Below, piece by piece: positions 12,801 to 25,599 of a stretch of 64,000 nucleotides of DNA. Numbering within the stretch: the stretch's first letter is position 1; every line of letters begins with the position of its first letter. Where the stretch lies: assembly GCA_013265495.1 (NCBI GenBank), contig MU058433.1, positions 1 through 64,000 on the forward strand. Direction: 5' to 3'. The notes below the pieces were generated by a model. The model saw only the letters and a program-made list of their open reading frames with translations, did not search any database and had not been told where the DNA came from. The translations under genes were made by a program, and so were the position numbers. Source of the stretch: Vicugna vicugna. Its lineage: Eukaryota.

Positions 12801-14662
12801 GATAAATTATGGTGCAGACAAGCAAAAGCTTAAGAAAAATTGAGAAAGGAAAACTGTAACATTGAAGACATTCTATTCATTACCTTATTTTTCCTATGAG
12901 TGGTTAAAAAAGCAGCATTCTTTAATTTCCATAACAGACCATTGTTTTCCTTCTCACAGACTTTCAAACTCAACAAGAGTAGATGATGAGAAATGTTACC
13001 TTTACATCAGACCAAATGAGGTTGTGAGAAAGGCTGATAAGAGTCATCAATGCATTTTACATCTTTCCCTTTGGTCTCTTGCACTGCGGAGTTTCAGAAA
13101 CAACCATCCGAGGAAGGAGCTACGTTTAGGAATATTGCACAGTATTTCTGTGGCGCATCCAAGACCCTCCCAGAGCCTGGGCTGAGTGGCTTTGCCTACT
13201 AGTTTTGGAATTTGTTAGATCCCTTCTGCCTTTCATGAATCATTCCTAATGTTTCAGTTTAATTACCCACTACTGAGTACTTTATTATTTTATGTGTTCC
13301 TTGGGGGGAAAATGTTTTTCTGCCAGAAAATTTTCAGTTTATATCAATGAACAATCAGATGGGAAATCAGAGAGAAATTCTCTACCAGAGGGATACGTGT
13401 TTTGGACAACAGATTCCGGGAACTACTGCTGAAGGATGGAGATGCTGAGTAAGGGCACTGGGTTTGAAGAGGCAGAAAGGAGGAACCGGATAAGCCCTGG
13501 GAAACCCGTCCAACGTAATGAGCTCTGATTAGTACTGCACAAAGGAACTGACACTGAGGGTTTTAGAGGAGACTGTCTTAAGGAGACAATGCCCCCCCAA
13601 CTTCTTGAGCACCCCACCCTTGAGTTTCATTTCATCATGTCACATATTCCACTATAAGGAAGTCTAAAATTGTCTTAACTAAAAGCCGGCTGCCACAGAA
13701 TCCGGCCACTTTTAGTGTGAAGGAAAAGCTGTGCTGGTCTAACAAGATAACTCACAAATCTAAGTATTGGAATACTGATCTGAGTTCTGCTAGACTAACT
13801 TGTAAATCTAGGTTAATTAGTGTTGGTTTGCTGTTCATGTTTTTTGCTAGCCAGCTGGGTTTTCAAAGATACATATCTGGCTTTGGAATGTTGGTTTGCT
13901 GCCTCCCCGCCTCCACTTTTGTGATGATAAGGTGCTCAGACTTTGGAGCAGAAGCCCCTCTGAGCCCGCCGGCGTAATACATCTGAGTACTCCAACCCTC
14001 CGAGTGGTGCTTGTTTCTTGACTGGCCTGTCGTTTCCGTAACATTAGTACCTCTTTCCTGTCCTCATTAGAGATGATGCTTGAGTTCAGCTGAGTGTTCT
14101 TTTCTATTCCTTAATAATTTTTCTCCATGTTCATGCCAAGCAAAAAGTGGGAGCAAAGGATGGAGAGAGAAGTGAAAAGTCAGAGGGAGAAAGATCAAAG
14201 GGCAGCAGGAAAGGCAGAGTGGGAAAGAGACAGAGAAAAAGAGATAAAGAATATAGAAGAAACAATATAAAAATGGGAAGGGAAAGGGAATGCAGATCCA
14301 AGAAGGGATTTTAAAAAGACAGTGGCTGGAACATTGAACCTGGAGAGGGAGAAGGAAGAGAAGACAAATAAGAAGACAGAGGAACAGCTACAAGGAGGTG
14401 CCCCAGCCTGACCCAGGTCCTCCAGGACGATGGGGCTGTGTTTCCCCCAAGCTAGGCAAGGCTGTAGCAGACCCCACACACATCGCGTTGCGCAGAAGCT
14501 GCCTCTCAGGCTCTGAGCAGTGGAGGGGCTGTGACAAGCCGTAATATCTCCCAGCTAAACCCTGTTGGGAACAGGCTCCTTGCAGTGGGGTCCCAGTGGA
14601 CACCTCTTGCTATATTCCCATGGGTGTTTCAGACTTGTCTGCAAAGGCCAAGGCAACACAAT

Positions 14663-15955
14663 TGTAACCCAGCAGGACCCTACGGGAACTTCCTGGGGCA
14701 CACTCCTTCCCATGTCCTCTGCCTGCTCTTGTTTCTGGAAAAGCCGTTGTCTCCCAGGCCTCCCCGGAGTCACAAAGGCCTGGCTTAAGAATTAATGATT
14801 GAAAGTGAGACAGGAAGGGGGCAGGGCACAGCCATTCAAGGAATGCTACAGCAATTAACATCAAAATGGTGAAAGATTCAACCCCCAGGAGGCCTTGAGG
14901 CTCAAGATGGTGGTAGATCTGACTTCTAGCAGATCTTCGGCTTCATTATATGCCACTGTAATATATTAACATGGTGACTAACATGCCCACAGGCACCATG
15001 GCAGTCCTAAAAGGCTAGCCACAAAAGGTCAAAGAGGGAAATGGCTAACTTTCTGGGAATCCCAGCCCCTTCCCCAGACTAGTTAGACTGGTCCTTCCAC
15101 TTATTAGCATATGAAGCCACTGAGCCCATAGAAACTGGTAACTGGGTGCCTCAGTGCCTTGCGGCCACAGCCCCCTCTCTCTCCCTCTTCGGAGCGGCGA
15201 CACTCTGTCAATGGAATGTGTGCCTACTTTTAATCTGAGCACCCACCCCCCACACCTTGTGGCCTTTCTCTTGCCTTTCAATGAATCTCTCTGAATAAAT
15301 CTACCTGTACTCAACTGTGGCTCGCTCTTTCCTGCGCGAAGCCAAGGACCCACACTTGGCGGGGCACGTCCCACGGGCTCAGCCGGAGCCTGTGACACGG
15401 CCCTTCTCACGCCCCACATCAGTTTTTCCTGCATCAAAAGGATATGAACATGTAGTGACCAAAGTAGCAGTTGGGCCAGGAGAACTGGTACCAACTTAAA
15501 CAGTAGATCAATTGTATGGTGGTCACAGAATCTTTAGCTTCTCCCTGAAATACACAGATAACAGTATCTGATGCACATTTCCTGAGTCATTTTGCAGATA
15601 CTAAAATCCCTATCAAATGGAGGAAGTTAACCACTGAATGACTATGAGCACATAGCCCCAGACCTACAGGAGGCCGAAGATTGATAATGTTAATCCCTGT
15701 GACATTGCTCTATCAGAGGATTGTGCTCAAGCTGATCACAAATCCTGCAACTCCCCTTCCTCATCTTGCCTTTAAAAGTGCTTTCTTGATACCCATAGGA
15801 GAGGTAGGGTTTTTGCTCTTTAGCTGCCCCAGATTCCTTGTCCTGTGCCTTACACTAAATGCTGCAATTTCCACTGCCACCACCAGGTGTCAGTAGATAT
15901 CAGTAGATTGACTTACTGTGCGTGGGCCAGGGTACCCAAGTTTGATTCAGTAACA
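14663..15955 (+). mobile_element. ERV1-type LTR sequence; probably an older LTR with a second LTR nested at ~14806-15420
   Basis: Outer termini tgtaaccc...gattcagtaaca. Inner element tgagacaggaagggggcagggcac...ccccacatca with AATAAA at ~15294. No clean TSD seen. Confidence 0.6.
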
Positions 15956-17661
15956 TCTCTTACCCCCTAGCTGAGCAGGGCTTATCTGCCTCAACTCCGA
16001 GTCCTCATAGCACCTTATCAATGGGTCCCAAGGAACCTCTGGCAGGTGAGGAGTGTGAGTGCCAATAATATAACTCACTCCTCCTGACCTTCAGCTCTAG
16101 GGTTTCTTTTTCCCAAGCCGAGTCCCCACTCCAGGGCTCTCTTCTTATGGAAACTTCAGAAACTGGGATGTAGGGTTGGTTAGAGTTATAGGTGATAGAA
16201 AATACAATAATCATTAATGATGCTCAGTGTTTGCAATGTTCCTTTGACTCCGCTAAGAATTTCATGTGCTTTGTCTTTTTCAATCCTAACAAACAAATTT
16301 GGAGAGAAATATTATCTTCCCATTGTACAAATGAGAAAAAATGAGTTCCTCAGGAGGTCAAATTAAGTTTGAATTTATAGTACCACTAAGTAGCAGAGCC
16401 GTATTCAAACACAGATCACTCATTTATTCACTTAACATTTTCAGAAAACCTAATATGAAATTTTATCCAGTAAAAACCCTGGAACAAATGGCATCTACGT
16501 ATTCATTGTTATCATTTCTATCTTTTTTTTTCCTGTTTATCCTTTTTTCCCCAATATAATTTATAATTGATTGTCTCTCTGCTTTTGCCTCTGTTTGCAA
16601 ACTCCCTCAAAAATAAACAGAGGAAACTAAAAAAGGAAAAGAATAAAAGAAGCTAAATCAATTTCTTCCATTCTTATGACTGTAAATGTCTGGCTTTCCC
16701 ACAGGGCTGAGACCTGGAATACAAGCCCTGGCCCCTTCCTCCGTGCCCCTCACCCAGATCCAGGCTTTGCGTCTGCTTTATGTGTGGTGTCACATGGATA
16801 AATGGGTCCCAGGCAGTTAAACTTTTAAGTTTCAATGATTACATGATTTTATAATTTTATTAAATTTTACCATTAAAATATAATTCATATACCGTAAAAT
16901 TCAGTTTTAAGTGTTCAATTTAGTGGGGTTTTTTTCAGCATATTTACAGTTGTGCAACTGTCACCAACATATAATTCCAGAACATTGCTGTCCCTCAAAG
17001 ATGAAAGTCTGTTATCATTAGCATTCACTCTCCATTCTCATTCACCCCTGGCAAGAACTAACTTGTTTTCTGTTTTTTTAGACTTGTCTATTCTGAACAT
17101 TTCATATATATAATAATAAAATATGTGGGGTTTTGTGGCTGGTTTATTTCACTTGCAAAATGTTTTCGAGGTGCATTTTATATCAGTACTTCATTCCTGA
17201 TATAATATTCTGCTGTATGAATATACCATATTTTGTTTATTAATTAGTTGATGGCTATTTGTACTGTTCTTATTCTTTGACTATTAGGAATAATGCTTCT
17301 TTTAATATTTGTATATAAGCTTCTGTGTGAAAATACGTTTTTAGTTCTTTAACATATATACCTAGTACTAAAATTGCTGACTCATTGGTAACCCTATGTA
17401 TAACTTTGAAGAAAAGCCAAACTGTTGTCCTAAATGGCTTCACCAATTTACTTTTCCACCAGCAACGTATGAGGATTCCACCTTCTCTACATATTTACTA
17501 ACATTTGTTATTTTCTGTTTGTGTGTGTGTGTGTTTTATTAATTTCATTTTTGTTTATAGCTTTCCTAATATGTATGGAGCAGTATCTCTCTTTTTTTCT
17601 TGAAGTATAGTCAGTTTACAATGTGTCAATTTCTGGTGTACAGCATAATGTGTCAGTCATA

Positions 17662-18699
17662 TGGGGGAGCACAAACTTGGATTAACAAACTTTGATATTG
17701 TAACAATTAATTTTGCTAAATTCTATTCTCAATCTGACATAAGCATATGGAATTGTACAATCAAACTTAACGTCTTACGTCTAAATTGTATCTGCCCTTT
17801 TTACTATTGCGTAAAGAAAAATGTGTAAGAGCTCAAGCGTTAATCTCTCAGTTAAGTCGTCACCTTAACTGTGGAATTTAGTTTAGTTGCTTTAAAGCTG
17901 CTTTAAAGCTAGCAGAAGGCTGCTACGACCCGTCTCCTTGCCGTAAGAAGCAGAGACATGCTTTGCCTGCTTGCTTGGCTTGAGCTCATGTGTTAAGGGC
18001 TGCTTGTGCTATGGAAAGCCATCACTCTCACCTGCTCTAACCAGCAGGACGTACTTCGCTTATCTACGGCGTAGGTGGCTAGAGTGGAGCTGCTGGCACT
18101 CACAGAAGGCTGAGACTTAGCCCTTAGCTGGGAACAGCGAGGCTGCTTCGCTTGCTCAGGTTACCTTTGATCATTTAACAAGAAGTCTTGTGGTGGCCGG
18201 ACTTTGTTACCGATTTTTTAAATCCAGTTCCTGAAACAGGGACACTGCAACCCTCTTGATGAGTACTCTAGGCTTTATGGAGACTTTGTGCCTTTCAAAA
18301 GAACAGTTTATGACTTCTGCCTGTTTTGTGTATTCGCTAAGCTTAGCCATCGGTGTTAGTTGCCCTTTATCCTTGGTTATTTATTATCGATTGTTAAGCC
18401 CCCCGGCCTTTGAAAATTTTAACCTTTCCCGTATCATGAAATTAAGATTTATGCTCTTGTTTTTCACAAAAACCGTTCGTCTGCAACTTTGTTGATTTGT
18501 GTCTGAGCACATGTGCCTTGCCCCCTGCCCTTTACACAAATTCCGATGACGTATCTACCTTTTGATTATTCTCAATAAAAATGAGGGTCTTGGAGGAGTT
18601 CGGGGAGTTGACCTCCGGCTCCCTCTCACTCTCTTGACTTGATAAAGTCTTGAGTAATTTCGTTCTTCCACAGTGGGACTTTTCTGGACAAAACCCACA
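17662..18699 (+). mobile_element. ERVK-type solo LTR, 1038 bp, inserted in the L1 3' UTR
   Basis: Starts TGGGGGAGC and ends CCCACA. Perfect 6-bp TSD gtcata (17656-17661 and 18700-18705). AATAAA at 18574-18579. Confidence 0.85.
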
Positions 18700-20714
18700 G
18701 TCATACATGTACATACCTATATTCCTTTTCATATTATTTTTCATTACAGGTTAATACAAGATATTAAATATAGTTGCCTGTGCTATCCAGAAGAAACTTT
18801 CTGTTTATCTATTTTGTATGTAATAGTATCTGCAAATCCTGAACTCTCAATTTATTCCTTTCCCCCCCATTTTCCCCCTGGTAACCATACGCTTATTTTC
18901 TATGTCTGTGAATCTGTTTCTTTTTTGTAAATAAGTTCATTTGTGTCATTTATTTTATTTTTTTTTTAGATTTCACCTATAAGTGACATTATATTTGTTT
19001 TTTCTCTTTCCGGCTTACGTCACTTAGAATGACATTCTCCAGGTCCATTTATGTTGCTGCAAATGGCATTATTTTATGATTTTTTATGTGTGAGTAGTAT
19101 TCCATTGTATAAATATACCACAGCTTCTTTAACCAGTCATCTGCCGATGGGCATTTATGTTGTTTCCACGTCTTGGGTATTGTATATAGTGCTGCTGTGA
19201 ACACTGGGGTGCATGTGTATTTTAGAATTATTGTTTTTCTCTGGACATATGCCCAGGAGCAGGACTGCTGGATCATATGGTAAGTTTATTTTTAGTTTCT
19301 TAAGGAATTGCCATACTGTTTTCCATAGTGGCCATACCAAACTACATTCCCACCAACAGTGTAGGAAGGTTCCCTGTTCATACCCTCTCCAGCATTGTTT
19401 GTGGACTTTTTAATGATGGCCATCCTGACTGGTGTGAGGTGATATCTCACTGTAGTTTTGATTTGCAGTTCTCTGATAATTGATCATTTGTTCGCGTGCC
19501 TATTGGAGATTTCTCTGTCTTCACTGGAGAATTGATTGTTTAGGTTTTCTGCTTATTTTTTTGGATTGGGTTGTTTGTTTTTTGTTGTTGTTAAGTTGTA
19601 TGAGCTATTTGCATATTCTGAAAATTAAGCCCTTGTCAGTTGCATCATTTGCAAATATTATCTTCCATTCTGAATATTGTCTTTTTGTTTTGCTTCTGGT
19701 TTCCTTTGCTGTGCAAAAACTTATAAGTTTAATTAGGTCCCATTTGTTTGTTTTTGCTTTTATTTCTAGTACCTGAGTAGACTGCTGTAGGAGAACATTG
19801 CTCATATTTATGTCAGCAAATGTCTTGCCTATGGTTTCTTCTAGGAGGTTTATTGTGTCTTGTCTTAAGTTTAAGTCTCAGACCCATTTTGAGTTTACTT
19901 TTGTGTGTGGTGTGAGGAGTGCTCTAACTTCATTGATTCACCTGCAGCTGTCCAGCTTTCCCAACACCACTTGCTGAAGAGACTGTCATTTCTCCATTGT
20001 ATATTCTTGCCTCCTTTGTTGAAGATTAATTGACCATAAATCTGTGGATTTATTTCTGGGCTGTCTATTCTGTTCCATTGATCCATATGTCTATTACTGT
20101 GATAATTCCATGTTGTTTTGATTACTGAAGCTCTGTAGTATTGTCTGAAGTCTAGAGGGTTATTCCTTCAGCTTTGTTCTTTTTCTTCAATATTGCTTTG
20201 GCAATTCTGGGTCTTTTGTGCTTATAGACAAAATTTAGAATTATTTGTTCTAGTTCTGTGAAAAATGTCCTCGGTAATTTGATAGGGATTGCATTAAACC
20301 TATAGATTGCTTTGGGTAATATGGCCATTTTAACAATTGTAATTTTTCTAATCCAAGAGCATAGGTTATCTTTCCATTTCTTTAAGTCATCTTTAGTTTC
20401 CTTAATCAATGTTTTGTAGGTCTCACATATGTCTTTAACCTCCTTGGTCAAGTTTATTCCTTTTTTTTTTCAATATTTTTTGATGCAAGTTTTAAAGACA
20501 TTGTTTCTTTCCTTTCCTTTCTTGATATTTCATTGTTAGAGTAAAGAAATGCAACTGATTTCTGTATGTTAATCTTGTGTCTTGCTACTTTGCATATTCT
20601 GTTATAAGCTCTAGTAGTTTTTGTGTGGAGCCTCTAGTGTTTTCTACATATAGTATCATGTCATCCATGTATAGTGAAAATTTTACCTCTTCTCTTCCAA
20701 TTTGGATCGCTCTC

Positions 20715-21357
20715 TCTCTTTTTTTCTTTTTTTTTTTTTACATTTTTTTTTATTGAGTTACAGTCACTTTACAATGTTGTGTCAAATTCCAGTGTAGAGC
20801 ACAATTTTTCAGTTATACATGAACATACATATATTCATTGTCACATTTTTTTTCGGTGTGAGTTACCGTAAGATCTTGCATATATTTCCCTGTGCTATAC
20901 AGTATAATCTTGTTTATCTATTCTACATTTTGAAATCCCAGTCTGTCCCTTCCCACCCCCTGGCCCCTTGGCAACCACAAGGGGGTTTGTATTCTATTTC
21001 TATGAGTCTGTTTCTGTTTTGTATTTATGTTTTGGTTTTTTTTTTAGATTCCACATACGAGTGATCTCATATGGTATTTTTCTTTCTCTTTCTGGCTTAC
21101 TTCACTCAGAATGACATTCTCCAGGAACATCCACATTGCTGCAAATGGCCTTATGTTGTTGGTTTTTATGACTGAGTAGTATTCCATTGTATAAATATAC
21201 CACATCTTCTTTATCCAGTCACCTGTTGATGGACATTTAGGCTGCTTCCATGTCTTGGCTATTGCAAATAGTGCTGCTATGAACATTGGGGTGCAGGTGT
21301 CATTTTGAAGTAGGGTTCCTTCTGGATATATGCCCAGGAGTGGGATTCCTGGGTCAT
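20715..21357 (-). mobile_element. Short L1 3' fragment inserted inside the younger L1
   Basis: Poly-T tail followed by L1 3' UTR and ORF2 end (DPGIPLLGIYP..CTPMFIAALF..KKMWYIYTMEYY). It repeats sequence already present at ~18950-19280. Confidence 0.85.
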
Positions 21358-24300
21358 GGATCTCTTTTATTTCTTCTTCTTGTCTGATTACTATGGCTAG
21401 GACTTCCAATACTATGTTGAATAGAAGTGGTGAGAGTGAATGGAGTGGTATCTCATAGGAATTTGGATTTGCATTTCCCAAATGACTAGTGAAGTTGAAC
21501 ATCTGTTTGTGTGTGTGTTTATTAGCCACTTGTATATCTTTTTTGTAGGAATTTCTGCTCAAACCATTTGTCCAGTTTTAATTGATTTGTATTTTTGTTG
21601 TTGAGTTATAAAATTTCTTTATATATGTTAGATATAAAATTCTTAACAGATATATGATTTGCAAATATTTTCTTCCATTCTGCAGGTGTCTATTCACTTT
21701 CTTGACACTGTCCTTGGAAGGGCAAAAGTATATTTTTTGTCAAGTCCAATTTGCCTGTTTTTTCTTTGGTCACTTGTGCTTTTGGTGTGTCATATCATAA
21801 AACCATTGTCTAATACAGAGACACAAAGATTTATATTTAAGTTTTTTTTAAGATGTTATAGATTCATCTTACATTTTAGATGTTTGATACATTTTGAGTT
21901 AATTTTGTTATTTAGTTTGAGAGAAGGGTCCAACATCAGTCTTCTGCATGTGCATATCCAATTATCTCTGTTTCTATGACATCCCTAGAGCAGGCCCCCT
22001 GGGTTTTCACACCTGAGTGTCACAGAGAATTAATAACCACATTTACCTAGCCCATTGACCTGAGGACGCTGGAGGCTGGAGCTAAGCTGAAGACACTCAA
22101 TGAGCACACAAAAGTGAGACTACATCAGGCATCTCAGATTACACACTCAGACCTTACTATCCTTTAAATCACAACCATACAATCTGCACAAAAAAGACTT
22201 CCATATCTCTTAACAACCATTACATTCAGGTACACATCACCTGCACAACCTGCTGTTCCACCACACACTCCCGTAGAGCCTCACACTGGTATGTGACACT
22301 CATCACAGAGCCCCAACCTTGGTGCACTCAACTTGTGGATGGATGTGAATCATACAGGTATGTCCTTGAAATTGTATTTCCCAAAAATACTTGTTCAGAG
22401 AAAGAACTCGAAGTTGAATTATTGAAGTCTAGATCTTAGAGGGAGACCTCAAAAACTTAACCATCATAGTGACCGAGAAACAAGGCTGAGTGAGACAAAT
22501 TTGGGAAGATTCCCCTATTCCACCCAGACTGGGGCTGCAGTACAATGTCTTCTTTCCTGTGATTTCCCCTGGAGAGCAGTCCTGCTTATACATAATCCTT
22601 CTGGTCCTCACATCCACAGATGCTCACAGAGTAGCAGCTTCCTTACAATGGCCTTTTGAAATTGTTCTTTGTGGGTAAAGAGGGAAAGAGACGATGGGAG
22701 TAACCCCAAGGTCTCCACCACACAGCTGCTTTCCTTTAGTCACTGGGGCCGTCTGTGAAAGTCTCCGAGCAATAAGAAGGGCTTTCCACTTCATCTGGCC
22801 CTTTGGAGTCCAGGTAATCAGTAATGGTATTGAAGCAGTACGTATTAGTATTAGAGTGCCTCAAAAAAGAAAGATAGGAACTAAAGTATTGCCCATATAA
22901 ATGGATGGTTAAATGAGAGGAGAACACCAAACTTTAAATTAGGAGCTCTGAGACCTAATTTCAGTTCTGACATTAACATGCTTTGTGATCTAGATGACAA
23001 CAGTTCATTTCTATGAACTTGGATCTCCTTTTGCTAAGACAGAGATAGAATAATTGCTCTACCCTGTATCGCTCCAATATGTACTATGGGACCAAGAGCT
23101 TGTAAAAATGGGGAGAACATTATTTCTGGTGTCCAAACTTTTTAATCCCACATACTTTACTCTTTCTCACCCACTTAAAGAGTAAGCCAGGTGTTTCCAT
23201 TTTCAATTTATAAAAAAGAAAAGGTCGTGAGACGTATCCAATGCTAAATAGTGAATAGGTAGAAAATCTGAGATGAGTATTTCAGGATTTTTTTTTTATA
23301 AATTGAGAGTTCACAGAGAAGGGAAGGGATATTCTCAAGGTCGTACAACACTTTTGAGACAGACTCAGAAGTAACGTTCAGGGTCCCAGTGTTCCCACAA
23401 AGGACTCTTTAAGGTAAACAATGCTACTGAGAGAAGAAGTATATAATACTAGCACTCTGCAACGGAAAAAAGTCTTCTCTCTTCCAGGATGGCTACTGTT
23501 GGCGAACTGTAAGACACTCCACTCCCTCCTCGATCTGCCTCTATCTGCACTTGACATTCTGATCTGGCCATTACATGCAACCGTTATACCAGTGGGAATG
23601 TAGGACTTCGAGCTGGCTTTGCCATAGCTGGGAGTGCTGCCTCCCCAGCTCCCCAGCTCCCCAGCTAGCATGTCTAATGCCTCTCTTGCGTTCTTCCACT
23701 GTACCCACAGGTGTGCTCTAAATACTGCAGATACTCAGTGATGGGGTATTTGAGTGTGCTCAGGCTGCCTAGCCTCCTTACAGGCACTCCAGGTGAGATA
23801 CAGAAACAAGCCGTGTGGTGTACATTTAGGCAGTAACCTTACAAATGTAGACTAAGTAAATAAAACATTGCAGCATTAAGGCATAAGGCAGTGCTATGTT
23901 ACTAAGGGTTATCAGGATTGAGTCTTTCAGTGAATGTTGGTCAAACTTTCTAGGTACAGCCACAGTCATGTTGTGTGGAGATTGCAATTGTATAAAGACA
24001 GCTTAATAGGATTTAGAAAAACTGGATGAATGAAAACTATAAAGACTACTAAGAACTAAATTAGAGAGGAAAGGCAGAGACACTTGTTCAGATGTTTAAA
24101 AACTAGAGAGAAAAAAATAAGTGAACAGTGGCTTCTTGGGCAAATGGAATAGCATAAACTAAAAAAAGAGTCACAAAATTTCATTAGCTGTATGCAGACA
24201 AAAGACACGTGAATGAGGTGCAGAGTGTGGTGAGAGATGAGCCTGGAAGAGTTAGACTGGGCAAATGCTTCAGTTCTTAGCTTGGTGCTTGAAACACAGA

Positions 24301-24642
24301 ACTCAAAACACGAATTCTGAGTAAAGGAAATGGCAGATGGAAAAACGGATCATATGTGGTAATCTTTTAAATTTCTTTTTTCGAATTTTATTTTTTAAAT
24401 TAAAGATACTTAAACAATTTTTAAAGGTTACTTTCCACTTAATGGTTATTACAAAATATTGTCAGTGTTGTAAAATACATCCTTGAGATCTTTTAAGAGT
24501 ATTAAGTTAATAACAATAAAAATCTTTCTCAGAAGATGATTTCACAGAAAGGTCATCATTTTGTGTGAATGAACCAATCTCTCCTGTTACAGGACAGAAG
24601 TACCATCACCCCTCGGACAGGGCCCTCTATTTGCCATCCAGA

Positions 24643-25599
24643 ATGCCAGTTTCCAACAGCAGTGATGGCAGTCTCCCAGACACTCTCTTCCTGACGGGGA
24701 TCCCAGGGCTGGAGTGGGCACGCGTCTGGATCTCCATCCCCTTCTGTGCCATGTATTTGGTAGCGCTGGCTGGGAATGCCACCCTCACCCTGGTCATAGT
24801 GACAGACAGTGCCCTTCACGCACCCATGTACCTCTTCCTTTGCCTTCTCTCACTCACCGACCTGGCTCTCAGCTCCACCACTGTGCCCAAGACGTTGGCC
24901 ATTTTGTGGCTCCAATCTGGTGAGATTTCCTTTGGAGGATGCCTGGCCCAGATGTTTTGTGTCCATTCTATCTATGCTCTAGAGTCCTCGGTTCTTCTTG
25001 CCATGGCCTTTGATCGCTATGTGGCTGTCTGCAACCCCCTGAGATACACAACCATCCTCAGCCATGCCGTCATAGGCAGAATTGGCCTTGTTGGGGTGTT
25101 CCGGAGTGTGGCCATTGTCTCTCCCTTCATCTTCTTGTTGAGGCGACTGCCCTACTGTCAGCACCGTGCCATGGCGCACACGTACTGTGAGCACATGGGC
25201 ATTGCTCGACTGGCCTGTGCCAACATCACTGTCAATATTGTCTATGGGCTGACTGTGGCCCTTCTGGCCATGGGTTTAGATTCTATTCTCATTGCTCTCT
25301 CCTATGGCTTTATCCTCCATGCTGTTTTTCGTCTTCCATCCCGAGATGCCCAGCGCAAGGCTCTAAGCACTTGTGGCTCACACCTCGGGGTCATCCTGGT
25401 CTTCTACATTCCTGCCTTCTTCTCCTTCCTCACCCACCGTTTTGGGCAACACCGAGTCCCCAGGCATGTGCACATCTTTCTGGCTAACCTCTATGTGCTG
25501 GTGCCTCCTGTGCTCAACCCCATCATCTATGGGGCGAGGACCAAGGAGATTCGGAATCGACTTTCAAGACTGCTTCACTTGGGGAAAATTTCAATATGA
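24643..25599 (+). CDS. OR52D1: Olfactory receptor 52D1, intact, 318 aa from the ATG at 24643
   Basis: LPDTLFLTGIPGLE, LHAPMY, MAFDRYVAVC, HTYCEHMGIARLAC and PPVLNPIIYGARTKEI; nearly identical to recalled human OR52D1. Splice acceptor tctctcctgttacAG ends at 24592. Confidence 0.93.
   Translation: MPVSNSSDGSLPDTLFLTGIPGLEWARVWISIPFCAMYLVALAGNATLTLVIVTDSALHAPMYLFLCLLSLTDLALSSTTVPKTLAILWLQSGEISFGGCLAQMFCVHSIYALESSVLLAMAFDRYVAVCNPLRYTTILSHAVIGRIGLVGVFRSVAIVSPFIFLLRRLPYCQHRAMAHTYCEHMGIARLACANITVNIVYGLTVALLAMGLDSILIALSYGFILHAVFRLPSRDAQRKALSTCGSHLGVILVFYIPAFFSFLTHRFGQHRVPRHVHIFLANLYVLVPPVLNPIIYGARTKEIRNRLSRLLHLGKISI

Larger units (their letters stand above)
17590..21440 (-). mobile_element. Younger 5'-truncated LINE-1 (ORF2 C-terminal part plus 3' UTR)
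   Basis: ORF2 remnants ([41 protein letters not shown]). TSD tggagcagtatctc (17576-17589) / tggagtggtatctc (21441-21454). Confidence 0.88.
16850..21970 (-). mobile_element. Old L1M fragment (16850-17589 and 21441-21970) split by a younger L1
   Basis: Degenerate antisense L1 3' UTR/ORF2 sequence on both sides of the younger insertion. Outer ends approximate. Confidence 0.75.

Noticed and set aside
13678..13716. Imperfect hairpin actaaaag...cttttagt
   Set aside because: Short stem with no ncRNA hallmarks; compatible with chance.
24565..24642. 26-aa N-terminal extension of OR52D1 in the ORF track
   Set aside because: It starts at GTG and crosses the splice acceptor at 24592. The ATG at 24643 gives the orthologous length.
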